Virus record (IMG/VR): IMGVR_UViG_3300026130_000003
Location: 8,017-72,016 of that record
Length of the DNA: 64,000 nucleotides
From: a virus
Strand: one strand, 5' to 3'
Part shown: positions 31,836 to 41,448 of the stretch, piece after piece
How the letters are laid out: every line of letters begins with the position of its first letter
Position numbering within the stretch: the first letter of the stretch is position 1
Notes under the pieces: model-generated
Databases searched by the model: none
What the model saw: only the letters and a program-made list of their open reading frames with translations
Told to the model about the DNA's origin: nothing
Program-made: the position numbers and the translations under genes

Positions 31836-32470
31836 CTATATCCAGGAACATAACTCCAAATATTAGCAATTGCCATACGGCGTTTGGCGAGGTTGTCATC
31901 AACTTTGCCATTCGCCCTTTTTATGTTTGTTTGAATTTCATCTGTAATTTCAAACCACAATCCTTCATTAACCATTTTAACAATAGCACTATCTTCTACT
32001 GAATCTACACCCTCATAAAAGAAATGAATCAACAATGCGTCATATTGTGTTTGTGATATAGGTTGATGCACAAACTGTTCTATGATATTACCTATATTTC
32101 GCAGTTGCTTTTCTAATATCTTTTCTGCTTCGGCACGATTTATTATCCCAGTTGTAATGTCAATGCGTTTAGAAGCAACCGTAATGTATCCAGTCTTTAG
32201 TTCTATAGGTGATACTTTGTAACCGAATCCTATCGTATCATCATTCGTTAACTCTAGTATTGGGTTTTCTTCTTTTGTTATAAAATCTTTACTGAATATA
32301 GAAAATGTCAAATCTTCAGGTTGATAACATTTTACTTTAACATCAGAAAGAATATAATCCGGTTTATCATCATTGTATAACAGACCCAAATAGGTACCAT
32401 AAGGTGTTACCACATTTAATGGACGTTGGATGTAATTAAGAAGCGACCCTTGTCTTTTATCGTATATCAT
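31832..32470 (-). CDS. GH24 lysozyme-like baseplate-associated protein
   Basis: [27 protein letters not shown]. Lies directly after the spike gene. Confidence 0.65.
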   Translation of the reverse strand: MIYDKRQGSLLNYIQRPLNVVTPYGTYLGLLYNDDKPDYILSDVKVKCYQPEDLTFSIFSKDFITKEENPILELTNDDTIGFGYKVSPIELKTGYITVASKRIDITTGIINRAEAEKILEKQLRNIGNIIEQFVHQPISQTQYDALLIHFFYEGVDSVEDSAIVKMVNEGLWFEITDEIQTNIKRANGKVDDNLAKRRMAIANIWSYVPGYS

Positions 32471-32479
32471 ATAACCTCC

Positions 32480-34759
32480 TTAACCCATTAATGACTTCAA
32501 CCACGATGGTGCGTATGCATAACGACCACCTGCGCCCCATGTTCTTGAAGCATTTGTTGGTACAGTATTACCTGGTGCAATGTCTATGTGATATGTACTA
32601 CCGCCCATATAACCTGCGCCTGCACCTATACTCAAAGCACCATTTGCTTTTGCACTCTTAAAGAACTGTCTAATCATAGGTTCATGCTGTGGATTGGTAA
32701 TATATAACTTTTGTCCGTCTTTGAATAACTGTACATCTGCCGCATAACCATCGTTATGTCTGTCACTACCTGTACGTCTACCTCTTGGATGTTGCCCACC
32801 AGATGTTATAAGCACACGTATGTTAGTAGACTGTGCTGATTTTTCAAGTATAGTGAATAGTTCATCTTGTAGAGGTAGATTTCTTACAGTGATAGAACCT
32901 GAATACTCTACTAGCCCTTGTGGTACCTCGCCGGTATCACCGCCACCTCCTTCACCTGTTGGTTGCGTTCTATCAACAGTTTGTTTAGATTGCGGTTGGT
33001 TCATTGCTGTTTGTTGCGCTTGATAACTTTGCGGATCTTCCTGTATAGGACCAGAAGTGTATGTTGGCATAACAGGTCTTATAAACGGCTCATGTGTAGG
33101 CATTATAGGCACTGTAATTTGTTTTGCTACTGTAGATTCTAAATTTTGTATGTCAGGCATATCTTTCTTTGGTATCTCAGATGCTTGTTGTGCTACAGGA
33201 CCATTTAAGTGTAGTACACCTCCGCTGGTCGTAACAAACATACTTGTACCAACCCAAGTGTGTGCCGAACCTTTGGCTTCAGTGTAATTAGAACCTGATG
33301 ATTTAAGATGATAATTTTTGTTATTCATTGTAGTGTCGTTAACACTTCGCATATTAATTTTGTTACCAGCATCTATATTAATATCTTTATCAGCACGAAG
33401 GTTAATATCTTTCTCCGCTCGCATACTAATAGAGCCTTGTGCGTATGTCATCACATGTCCATCGGCTCCTATTTCGACCCACGCTGTTCCTTTAGAGTTG
33501 ATCATGTAGATAAAGTCATTATCTCCATCAAGTATAACACTTGCCCCAGAACCCGTTGTAAGGCGTATTTGAGACGGATGAATGTTTCCTTCATCGTCTG
33601 TACTACCGTCATCAATTGTCAATGCATTTTGACCCGGAGACTTAATGCCGAATACACGGGCGGCTTGTGGTTCGTTATAACTTGCATCACGATTAGGAGA
33701 TGCTGTAGATTGACCACGCACTGGGTCCGTATACAACCCTTGTGCTGATACGTTTATGTTTCTTGGGTGGTTAGAAAACGCAGGACCTACTGTACTTTCA
33801 CCTTGTGAGTTTGATAAAAACCATTTAGATTCTTGCTTGCGCCTTTTCTCATTGTCACCGCCAAACAATCCGCCAACTGACTTCGCAAGATTAGATGCTA
33901 TCTCAGCATTCTTTAAAGTACCTGCACCTGTAATTTGTTCTATATTACCTGCTGATTGTGCGTATGATGTTAGTGCATTTATTTGCGATTCATTCCACAC
34001 GTAACCTTTTTCAATACCGTATCGTATAACATAATCTCGTTTATTAAGTAACTCATCCTTCAAACGTTTTTCGGCTTCGTCTTTAGTAATGTATTCGTCA
34101 TCGAATTTTGCCTTCGTGCCATAACCATTGAATATCTGGTCGGCGGTATATTGAGTTGATTCTTTGAATCCGGAAGACTCTTTAACAAAATTTAACAATT
34201 CGTTTGACAGTGGTTTGTCACCGATGATTGCCATAGTACCCGATGTTGAATTTGCAGGCGATGCACCAGCAGCACCATCTAAGTTTTGTGCAGTTGCTAA
34301 GTCTGGTATACGAGATTTCGCAGCAGGTTGGTCAGCGTATACGCCTTCACCCTGTCCTGTACCATCTGCAAGTGCCTTACCTACAGCACCACCGGATACA
34401 ATGTCTGGTACTCCTCCTGCAACTGCGAACCAATAGCCTTCTCTTAAATCGCCATTATTAGCAAAGAAAACCATGATTGTCAAGCCTGGGTCTGGAGGGA
34501 CAGCATAGAAACCGTAGTTAGATATTCCGTTAGTTCCTCCAAATGGCGAAGCATATTGGAAGTATAATGGTTTGTCAGGGTTACCCGCAAGTTTAGGTAT
34601 ATATGCGGCTAGTCGTCCACGACCTTCGGGATCAGGATCGCCAGTTGTAATTGCTTTGTATATACCACTTTGTACTTTATCTATAAGTGGGTTGTTCTTA
34701 TGATGTTTGTTCTTGTTAAACACCTCACCCAATGATGGTCTTTTATCATTATACGACAT
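32480..34759 (-). CDS. gp5: Baseplate central spike (gp5-like): OB-fold, lysozyme-like domain, beta-helix and C-terminal M15-type peptidase
   Basis: DPEGRGRL...PPDPG...VFF (gp5/VgrG OB-fold); NGYG...ALTSY...RRKQE; DINLRADKDINIDAG repeats; PTHEP; SDRHNDGYAAD...HID. Confidence 0.75.
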   Translation of the reverse strand: MSYNDKRPSLGEVFNKNKHHKNNPLIDKVQSGIYKAITTGDPDPEGRGRLAAYIPKLAGNPDKPLYFQYASPFGGTNGISNYGFYAVPPDPGLTIMVFFANNGDLREGYWFAVAGGVPDIVSGGAVGKALADGTGQGEGVYADQPAAKSRIPDLATAQNLDGAAGASPANSTSGTMAIIGDKPLSNELLNFVKESSGFKESTQYTADQIFNGYGTKAKFDDEYITKDEAEKRLKDELLNKRDYVIRYGIEKGYVWNESQINALTSYAQSAGNIEQITGAGTLKNAEIASNLAKSVGGLFGGDNEKRRKQESKWFLSNSQGESTVGPAFSNHPRNINVSAQGLYTDPVRGQSTASPNRDASYNEPQAARVFGIKSPGQNALTIDDGSTDDEGNIHPSQIRLTTGSGASVILDGDNDFIYMINSKGTAWVEIGADGHVMTYAQGSISMRAEKDINLRADKDINIDAGNKINMRSVNDTTMNNKNYHLKSSGSNYTEAKGSAHTWVGTSMFVTTSGGVLHLNGPVAQQASEIPKKDMPDIQNLESTVAKQITVPIMPTHEPFIRPVMPTYTSGPIQEDPQSYQAQQTAMNQPQSKQTVDRTQPTGEGGGGDTGEVPQGLVEYSGSITVRNLPLQDELFTILEKSAQSTNIRVLITSGGQHPRGRRTGSDRHNDGYAADVQLFKDGQKLYITNPQHEPMIRQFFKSAKANGALSIGAGAGYMGGSTYHIDIAPGNTVPTNASRTWGAGGRYAYAPSWLKSLMG

Positions 34760-37308
34760 TATGGTTCTCCATCCAATTGTACAGTAACTTCACCTTTAAA
34801 TTTCTTTTCATATTCTTTTGCGGCATCAAGTCGTATCATAGACAGTGTTTGTGTGAATGCTCCGCCAGAAAAACTAGATTCAATATCTTTAACAAAATAC
34901 AAATACGTGAACAAGTTATCTATTTTCAAATTGTCATTCTCATCCGAACCATTAGGAGCATTACGTATTAACATTACAACATTAGTTCCAGCAATACCAT
35001 ATTGTAGATTTCTCTCTTTGTCAGCATTCACTACTTGAAGTTCCGAAACATGTTCTATTTCTCTGGTCTTAGGTTCAGTCACCGGAGAAATCCAAAAAGG
35101 ATCACCTACAATAGTCATCTCAGCATTGACCATACTCAAATCTATATTATGTCCTTCATCAAACTTGTGATTTACTATGTCTTCATCAATTTGAATATTT
35201 GAAGATACAGAAGATGCTCTACGCATATTTTCTATGTACTTATAACTAGAAGACCTGAACATTCCTGGATTAGTCAATATTATGTCAAGCAATTGTTGTT
35301 TTTCTTTAGAGGTCAATGATAATACTTTATCGTCATCTAAATTTTCAAGTAACATTATGCCATTGCCTCGACTTTGTTCTCTTATCGTTTTAACATCTTC
35401 ATATAACTTGTTACTTGCGTTTGTTGATTGAACACCAAACACTATATCAAATGTTTCGTTGTCATTTGATTTTAATTGATTTTGTTTTTCAAATTGTGCG
35501 GTTCTAATATTTTGAAGTCTTCTCCATTCACTATCTTGTTGCTCAACTCTTGAGGCAATATTAGAGTCAGATAGTGCTTCTGCAACTAATGAATCATCTG
35601 CTGCCGCCATTCGTAACTCAGTGAATGATTTGTCGTTGTACTGCGCCATCAACGCTCTCTCAGGTCCATCACCTCCTAATCCTAGATTAGAACGGATAGC
35701 AGAAAGTATTTCGTTTTTAACTTCTCGGTTTTCGTTGTCAAAGTTTTTTTCTTGTCTTTCCAAATCTCTTTTAACTTGTTCGTATTCATTGGTTAAACGA
35801 ATATGGTCAGAACTTAACTCTTCTAGTCTGGCACGTGCTTGGTCATTGATACCTTCAAGACCGCGTATATAGTTTTCTAAATGCTGGTTTATACTGTAGT
35901 TACTTGTGAAGTTATTAGTAGTCTTGGTTAACTGTCTATTGAGTTTCACTTCCAATGCCAAGATATCAGTATTTAACCCAGTATAGTCACTGTAATATTT
36001 CTTAACAAGTCTATTTTGCTGTAGTAGTTTGTCTATATTACTCGTTACATGTGTTGACTTTTCTGCCAAATCTGTTATATTTTGGTCAACAAATTCTTCA
36101 CGTATGTCAAGAAAATACTTTATATCGTATGCTTGTGTACCAGTGACCATGTTAAATCCATTAATCTTAGGCACTGTATGTACAGTGATATGTGGCAACT
36201 TCGTAAATGTGTTACTAGTTTCAGTTAACGACTTAGCAACATTCATTGAATGAAGTACCAAATCACGTAACGCATATTTTATACTCGTTCCAGCATGAAC
36301 TGTAGCAATAAAACCGTTTTGTGTCATTTCTAATGGCAATCTGCCCTTTCGCTCCGGATCTGCTTTATTAGACGCTTCCTGATAGTTAGGTTTGCTGGAA
36401 TCCATTATAGGATTGTTTTTACCATATGTGTTTTTAAAGTTTTCTGAAAACTCAAAGAAGTAAGAATTTTGATATTGAGTATCGTTAGTAAAACGCAATT
36501 CTGCTAGATATTGGTCTATTGCACTTTCTAAGTTTTTAACCGTAGTTTCTAATGTATCTCCAATTTTATATTCGATATCTTCAATAACAATGTCGTTTTC
36601 AGGTTTATTGCCCATATCTGTAGCAATGACACCTTCCAACGTTGCTACTGTACCTTCTAATGTAGTAGATGTTTGTATGTCGTTTATGTTACTGATTACA
36701 AATGGTATCAATCTTCTATCTGGTAAGTTGTATGCTTCACCATCATGACCATATCCTGTGAATGTTATATCTATAAAGAATGTAGCATATGCGATTGAAG
36801 GATAACCCATAATTTTAATTGCTTTGAGTATGTTGTCTATTAGAAAGGCGTTACCAACACTAGTCAAAGTAAATGAAAGATGTGTGCCCACACCACCATG
36901 GTCTAGACCTTGAGTGTTACCTATACTTCTGATAGTCAAATCATCTATCATTATCTCAGTTGTCAAACCAGTTTGTGCGATAACAATGGCATCATCTGAT
37001 GGCCATGAACCAGAAAACATATCATCGATACTTACTTCACCATTTAAAAACCTTCTAGTTTCCAACTGGTCTACAATAAACATTTTCAAGTTATAGGTAT
37101 ACGTTTCATACTCATGTAACGGATTGGGAACCCAATCGTTAGTTCGTTCAATACTATTCAAGTTTCCTAGTGAGTTATCCTGAATTATTTCGTTTCCCTG
37201 ATTGAATTGACTTTGTTGTTCAGGAGTCGCATTAACCTCTGGACTTTGAACAAGTTCAGGATTGTTAGACGAATAGAGTTTGACTATTTCCTCGTTAGTT
37301 AACGCCAT
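34759..37308 (-). CDS. Baseplate hub protein (gp27-like / tail protein D-like)
   Basis: NPLHEYETYTYNL start, AEMTIVGDPFWI, LYFVKDIESSFSGGAFTQTLSMIR end. Lies between gp53 and gp5. Confidence 0.6.
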   Translation of the reverse strand: MALTNEEIVKLYSSNNPELVQSPEVNATPEQQSQFNQGNEIIQDNSLGNLNSIERTNDWVPNPLHEYETYTYNLKMFIVDQLETRRFLNGEVSIDDMFSGSWPSDDAIVIAQTGLTTEIMIDDLTIRSIGNTQGLDHGGVGTHLSFTLTSVGNAFLIDNILKAIKIMGYPSIAYATFFIDITFTGYGHDGEAYNLPDRRLIPFVISNINDIQTSTTLEGTVATLEGVIATDMGNKPENDIVIEDIEYKIGDTLETTVKNLESAIDQYLAELRFTNDTQYQNSYFFEFSENFKNTYGKNNPIMDSSKPNYQEASNKADPERKGRLPLEMTQNGFIATVHAGTSIKYALRDLVLHSMNVAKSLTETSNTFTKLPHITVHTVPKINGFNMVTGTQAYDIKYFLDIREEFVDQNITDLAEKSTHVTSNIDKLLQQNRLVKKYYSDYTGLNTDILALEVKLNRQLTKTTNNFTSNYSINQHLENYIRGLEGINDQARARLEELSSDHIRLTNEYEQVKRDLERQEKNFDNENREVKNEILSAIRSNLGLGGDGPERALMAQYNDKSFTELRMAAADDSLVAEALSDSNIASRVEQQDSEWRRLQNIRTAQFEKQNQLKSNDNETFDIVFGVQSTNASNKLYEDVKTIREQSRGNGIMLLENLDDDKVLSLTSKEKQQLLDIILTNPGMFRSSSYKYIENMRRASSVSSNIQIDEDIVNHKFDEGHNIDLSMVNAEMTIVGDPFWISPVTEPKTREIEHVSELQVVNADKERNLQYGIAGTNVVMLIRNAPNGSDENDNLKIDNLFTYLYFVKDIESSFSGGAFTQTLSMIRLDAAKEYEKKFKGEVTVQLDGEP

Positions 37309-37598
37309 TAACTCATCCTCGATATATTATCTGCTGATGGTACTCGTATAGTTGTACCTGCGGTAAAATCAAACACTGGATCCTTGATTGTGTTTTTGTT
37401 TCGTTGTGCAAATATCCACCAGTACTTAGAAGTGCCATAACGGTCGTAACTAAACAAGTCAGGACGTTTATCATACTTTTGTTCAATGACATAAACTTCA
37501 TCCAAAGGATCTTCGTATATGTATCTTGGCACTTGCAAATCTAAAATAGTTTTATCTACTGTTGGGGTTTTAAACCACGGACTATGCTTTTCGTACAT
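37308..37598 (-). CDS. gp53: Baseplate wedge gp53-like (LysM-like) protein
   Basis: RPDLFSYDRYGTSKYWWIFAQRN...G..IRVP. Confidence 0.75.
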   Translation of the reverse strand: MYEKHSPWFKTPTVDKTILDLQVPRYIYEDPLDEVYVIEQKYDKRPDLFSYDRYGTSKYWWIFAQRNKNTIKDPVFDFTAGTTIRVPSADNISRMS

Positions 37599-37599
37599 T

Positions 37600-38196
37600 T
37601 TAGATATACCCCTTATTTCTTAAATTACCCATCGAATAATCACGTAATGAAAATTCACCTCGCACTTTTGCCGGAGCGTATGTAGTACTCAGAGACAATA
37701 CAAATGTACTTGATACTGGCAAATATGCAACAGTTCCGTTGTTATCAAACGGTATATAGTCTACATCGTTTTCAAAGTTCCATTGGAATCCTGCGACTAC
37801 AACAGGAACATTGGTATATATGTTGTTGATATGCAATCGTAGAACAGGCGGTGGGAGACCTTTACTTTCGTCCTTTTCACCAAAATGCATTTTCATTGCC
37901 GCTCTGAAAAACTGAGACATATCCAACACTTCTTCTGCATCTAATTCTGTGCGAATAATCATAGGTGCAATCAACGAAATCTCTGCGTTGGTACCGCTTT
38001 GAAATATTTTTTGTTGATAGTTAGAATGCGTCGGATCGTAACTACTGTATCCCGCATCGCCACTTATACTAATGGTAGGCGTGTAGGGAAAAGATACTTT
38101 CCTACGGTTCAATCTGTTGGCGGGGTCGGTTATATAGACCCTTTCTTCTGCTTCTCTGGTTTGGTCGTACAGACTTTTTGGTATTGCCATTTGCAT
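37600..38196 (-). CDS. Tail tube initiator / baseplate tube cap (gp48/gp54-like)
   Basis: FPYTPTI, THSNY, GLPPPVLRL, NVPVVV, DVDYI. Confidence 0.6.
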   Translation of the reverse strand: MQMAIPKSLYDQTREAEERVYITDPANRLNRRKVSFPYTPTISISGDAGYSSYDPTHSNYQQKIFQSGTNAEISLIAPMIIRTELDAEEVLDMSQFFRAAMKMHFGEKDESKGLPPPVLRLHINNIYTNVPVVVAGFQWNFENDVDYIPFDNNGTVAYLPVSSTFVLSLSTTYAPAKVRGEFSLRDYSMGNLRNKGYI

Positions 38197-38214
38197 GTCT
38201 CCTATTTCATAGTT

Positions 38215-38244
38215 GTATTTATCTTCGTATAAACTACGAAGTTT
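38215..38244 (-). promoter_or_regulatory. Late promoter GATAAATA with palindromic upstream element CTTCGTA-TAAAC-TACGAAG
   Basis: Second copy of the 29735-29764 element. Heads the baseplate operon. Confidence 0.65.
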
Positions 38245-38260
38245 TAGAAATAGGAAGTAT

Positions 38261-38298
38261 AAAAAAATCCCTTCACACCGTAAGATGTAAAGGGATTT
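38261..38298 (-). terminator. Intrinsic terminator
   Basis: AAAUCCCUUUACAUC-UUAC-GGUGUGAAGGGAUUU-UUUU. Confidence 0.85.
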
Positions 38299-38370
38299 GA
38301 CTTCAGATTTAAAAATGAGTTAACCACGCAGTGAGAGGTTAAGAGAGAGGAGACACGTTGCTAACTCATT
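38261..38370 (-). ncRNA. Candidate ~110-nt small RNA with a CU-rich (anti-SD-like) loop
   Basis: Own promoter (38377-38405). 11-bp plus 5-bp stem starting at the predicted +1, loop UCUCCUCUCUCUUAACCUCUCAC, strong terminator. Confidence 0.7.
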
Positions 38371-38376
38371 AATATC

Positions 38377-38405
38377 ATTATCTCAAATAATGATAGCCCT
38401 GTCAA
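38377..38405 (-). promoter_or_regulatory. Sigma70-type promoter TTGACA-N17-GATAAT
   Basis: -35 at 38400-38405, -10 at 38377-38382. Overlapped by the inverted repeat TATCATTAT/ATAATGATA. Confidence 0.65.
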
Positions 38406-38411
38406 GGGTTT

Positions 38412-38588
38412 TTACAAATTATTTTTCTTTTCTTGAATTTCTTTACGGCGTTCTTTTGCTAGTTTACCAATTTCACCCAATGCCTTGCGAGCACGAGCGG
38501 CGGCTGCTTTTACTCCTTTGGTTTCAAATGCTTCGCTTTCTTTTAGGTAAATTGCCATTTGTTCTTCAATTTGTTCGTGAATTGTCAT
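38412..38588 (-). CDS. Small basic histone H1-like (Hc1-family-like) protein
   Basis: Likely start MTIHEQ at 38588 after AAGGAG. KGVKAAAARARKALGEIGKLAKERRKEIQEKK. Confidence 0.7.
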   Translation of the reverse strand: MTIHEQIEEQMAIYLKESEAFETKGVKAAAARARKALGEIGKLAKERRKEIQEKKNNL

Positions 38589-38631
38589 TTTATTCTCCTT
38601 GTTTATATGTTGGCATTCCAACATCTTTTAT

Positions 38632-40422
38632 TTATGTTTTATGTTCTAATTCTTCAGTTATATCCTGAGGATCTTCCTGATGGAACGTAGTGAAACCATT
38701 CTCTTTGGTAACGTTCAATATGTCACTAACACGACCCATCAACTCTTCCTTATGCGATACAAGGAAGATTGACCTATTTCGTTCTCGGGTCATTTTCTTC
38801 AAAATACCCAATGCAGATTCAGCACCATTTGTATCCATACCACTATCCATCAATTCGTCAACAAATAGTACATTGATAGTTGAGTAAAGTGATTCAAACA
38901 CATCACGGAATGCCCACGATAGTCCCAGAATCAAACGGTTGCGCTCGCCTCGTGACAAGTTACCAAAGTCCAAGTCTCGTCCCAATTCTGTAATCTCTAC
39001 TGTCAAGTCACTTTGGAATACAACTGAATGTGGCAGTCCAAGTTTGTCAAGATAATATTCGAGTCTGTTGTTCAAGTAACTAAGGTTTTGGTCTATAATC
39101 TTCTTACGTATGAAACTATCTTTACTTGTTAGCAATTTAATCAAAAAGTCTTGGTGATCCTTGAGAGATACAAGAGCATTCATATGAGTGTAATCAATTT
39201 CTGCTAGTGCGTTTTCTCTAAGTTCTTTGATTTGGTCATCGTATGGATTAATCGCATCTTTCTTACTAGCAATTTGATCCTGCAACGATTTCACTGAGTT
39301 CTGATGTTCGTATGCCTCAGTAACCGACGGATAAAATGGTTCTGGTTCGTCACCTAAAGTTTCTTCCTCAGCAATAACACCAAGATGTTCTTCTAATTGT
39401 GCTAAGTCACTGACGGCCTGTAGTGCCGCCTCTTGTTTTTGTTCTTCTTTAGATTTTAGAATCTCTTCCTGTTTAGAATCGTGAAGTTCTTGACCGCAAC
39501 TATGACACTTGTGGTCTACGAGTAGTGCTATCTCCGCTTCTAGTTTTTCTACAAGTTTTTCGTTCTTGTTCACACTAGTTTTGATACGTTCTGCCCACTT
39601 TTTAGAATCGTTGATTTTGGACAGTTTAGCAGTATACACCGTTAAGTCTTCATGTAGTTTTAGTTCTTTGTCAATTTCTATGTGTGACAATGATTCCAAT
39701 GCTTGTTCTAATTCTTCAATCTCTGATTTGTGAGTTTTAGTCCATACTTTGGCTCTTCGTTCTACACTCGCAATGTTTTCTAATATACGTTTGTTTGCTT
39801 GTTCTTTAGCGGTGAGGTTGTACTCTTCCTCTTTAATCAAATCTTTAGTTTGCTTGATTTGTTCTTTGAGCAAATCTGCCTTACGAGACAATTCAGTGAT
39901 ACCAAGAAGTTCTTCAATGAGTTCTCGTTGATCGCCTGCCCGCATACTAAGAAACGGTTCAGTATATGTGTTGAGTGCGACTACGTGCTTAAACATTGTA
40001 TGCGAAATACCAATGATAGAATCTACTTCTACTTGTGTTTCTCGCATTTCGCCTTGTGCGTGGTCTTCACCGTTCATATCTATACCGTCTTTTAGAAAAC
40101 GGAATACATTGGGAGAACGACCGCGCTCTAGACGATATTCGTCACCGTTATATTCAAAATCAACAGTAACAAGCATGTTCTTACCGTTAGTCTTGTTGAT
40201 AAGGTTGTTTTTCTTAATATCTGACAATGCGTTACCATACAATGCATATGATAGAGCATTAATGAGTGTAGTCTTACCAGTACCGTTTCGACTACCATCA
40301 CCACCTAAGTCAACGTTGTTGCCCAATACCAAGGTTAGATTCTGTCTATTAAGGTCTATAACTTGTGTAACGTTACCAACGGATAAGAAGTTACGAATGG
40401 TTATGTTCTTAATCTTTAGCAC
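38632..40422 (-). CDS. gp46: Recombination endonuclease ATPase subunit (Rad50/SbcC-like)
   Basis: Walker A NGTGKTT, zinc hook CHSC, signature LSRGE, Walker B FVDE, SH. Confidence 0.93.
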   Translation of the reverse strand: MLKIKNITIRNFLSVGNVTQVIDLNRQNLTLVLGNNVDLGGDGSRNGTGKTTLINALSYALYGNALSDIKKNNLINKTNGKNMLVTVDFEYNGDEYRLERGRSPNVFRFLKDGIDMNGEDHAQGEMRETQVEVDSIIGISHTMFKHVVALNTYTEPFLSMRAGDQRELIEELLGITELSRKADLLKEQIKQTKDLIKEEEYNLTAKEQANKRILENIASVERRAKVWTKTHKSEIEELEQALESLSHIEIDKELKLHEDLTVYTAKLSKINDSKKWAERIKTSVNKNEKLVEKLEAEIALLVDHKCHSCGQELHDSKQEEILKSKEEQKQEAALQAVSDLAQLEEHLGVIAEEETLGDEPEPFYPSVTEAYEHQNSVKSLQDQIASKKDAINPYDDQIKELRENALAEIDYTHMNALVSLKDHQDFLIKLLTSKDSFIRKKIIDQNLSYLNNRLEYYLDKLGLPHSVVFQSDLTVEITELGRDLDFGNLSRGERNRLILGLSWAFRDVFESLYSTINVLFVDELMDSGMDTNGAESALGILKKMTRERNRSIFLVSHKEELMGRVSDILNVTKENGFTTFHQEDPQDITEELEHKT

Positions 40423-40434
40423 TATTGTCCTCTC

Positions 40435-41448
40435 TTATAGGCTATTGTAGATGTTAATAAGTAGATTCTTATCAAATGTACCATATAGTTCGGAGATTTG
40501 TGTGATAACAATTTCGTCAATTGTTTCGAAATGTATTTCTGCACCCGTGTCTTCCATATGTTCCGTATTTTTAATAGGAACAAGCGAAATGTCACGTAGG
40601 TTGTAAGTCTCCACAAATGTATCCTTGATAAAATTTGCTTCTTCATAACTAATGTCTATGTCCAATGAAACCTTAGCACTAGTCTTAGGAAGAAGATACT
40701 TACCAGGATCTTCTAGTAACGTGCTTAGGTTAATGTTACGATACTTAGGTGCATGAGGCCACGCAAAGAATTCAGGGTCTTCACCCCATTCTATTGTCAT
40801 TAGACCTCGTTCATCATCCCACGAATCACTAAAGTTGTGAGGGAATGCATTGCCTATGTATATGATGTTGTCTTTGATTTGTCGTTTGTGGAAGTGCCCA
40901 GAAAACACATAGTCTTGATGTTTGAACATTCCGCCTTTCAAGCCGCCGTGGTCTGGCATTTCCACCATCGCATTAAGTTTGAATGTAGGAAGTTCAAAAT
41001 GTCCAAACATATACTTAGATTTGATTTTAGGAATTTTCTTCCATTCATCACCTACCAGCCACGGTACAATGGCAACATCACCTTCAACTAGTGTTTCTTC
41101 CACTAGAACAATGTTCGGAAACTCTTTTGCAAATTCAACAGAATTGACTTCTCGGTTTTCACGATAATACAAATCGTGATTGCCTAGAATAAAATAACAC
41201 TTTTCAAAGGCGTCATTGAGTTTACGCAACGCCTCTAAACTAAACTTTAATGTTGATATGTTAAGACTTGCTCGTTGATGGTGCCAGTCACCACAAAAGA
41301 TAAAAGTTTCACAACCTTTATCCTTAGCAGTTTTAATTGACCAATCAACAAAGTCCATACAATCTTGGTTATGTTGCTTAGAGTTGTTGCGGAGACCCCA
41401 GTGTATGTCTGTGAACACTGCTGCCTTTTTGAAAAGATTATCAGTCAT
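40435..41448 (-). CDS. gp47: Recombination endonuclease nuclease subunit (Mre11/SbcD-like)
   Basis: DIH, GD, GNHD, GHF and SGHFH phosphoesterase motifs. Likely start MTDNLFKK at 41448. Confidence 0.93.
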   Translation of the reverse strand: MTDNLFKKAAVFTDIHWGLRNNSKQHNQDCMDFVDWSIKTAKDKGCETFIFCGDWHHQRASLNISTLKFSLEALRKLNDAFEKCYFILGNHDLYYRENREVNSVEFAKEFPNIVLVEETLVEGDVAIVPWLVGDEWKKIPKIKSKYMFGHFELPTFKLNAMVEMPDHGGLKGGMFKHQDYVFSGHFHKRQIKDNIIYIGNAFPHNFSDSWDDERGLMTIEWGEDPEFFAWPHAPKYRNINLSTLLEDPGKYLLPKTSAKVSLDIDISYEEANFIKDTFVETYNLRDISLVPIKNTEHMEDTGAEIHFETIDEIVITQISELYGTFDKNLLINIYNSL

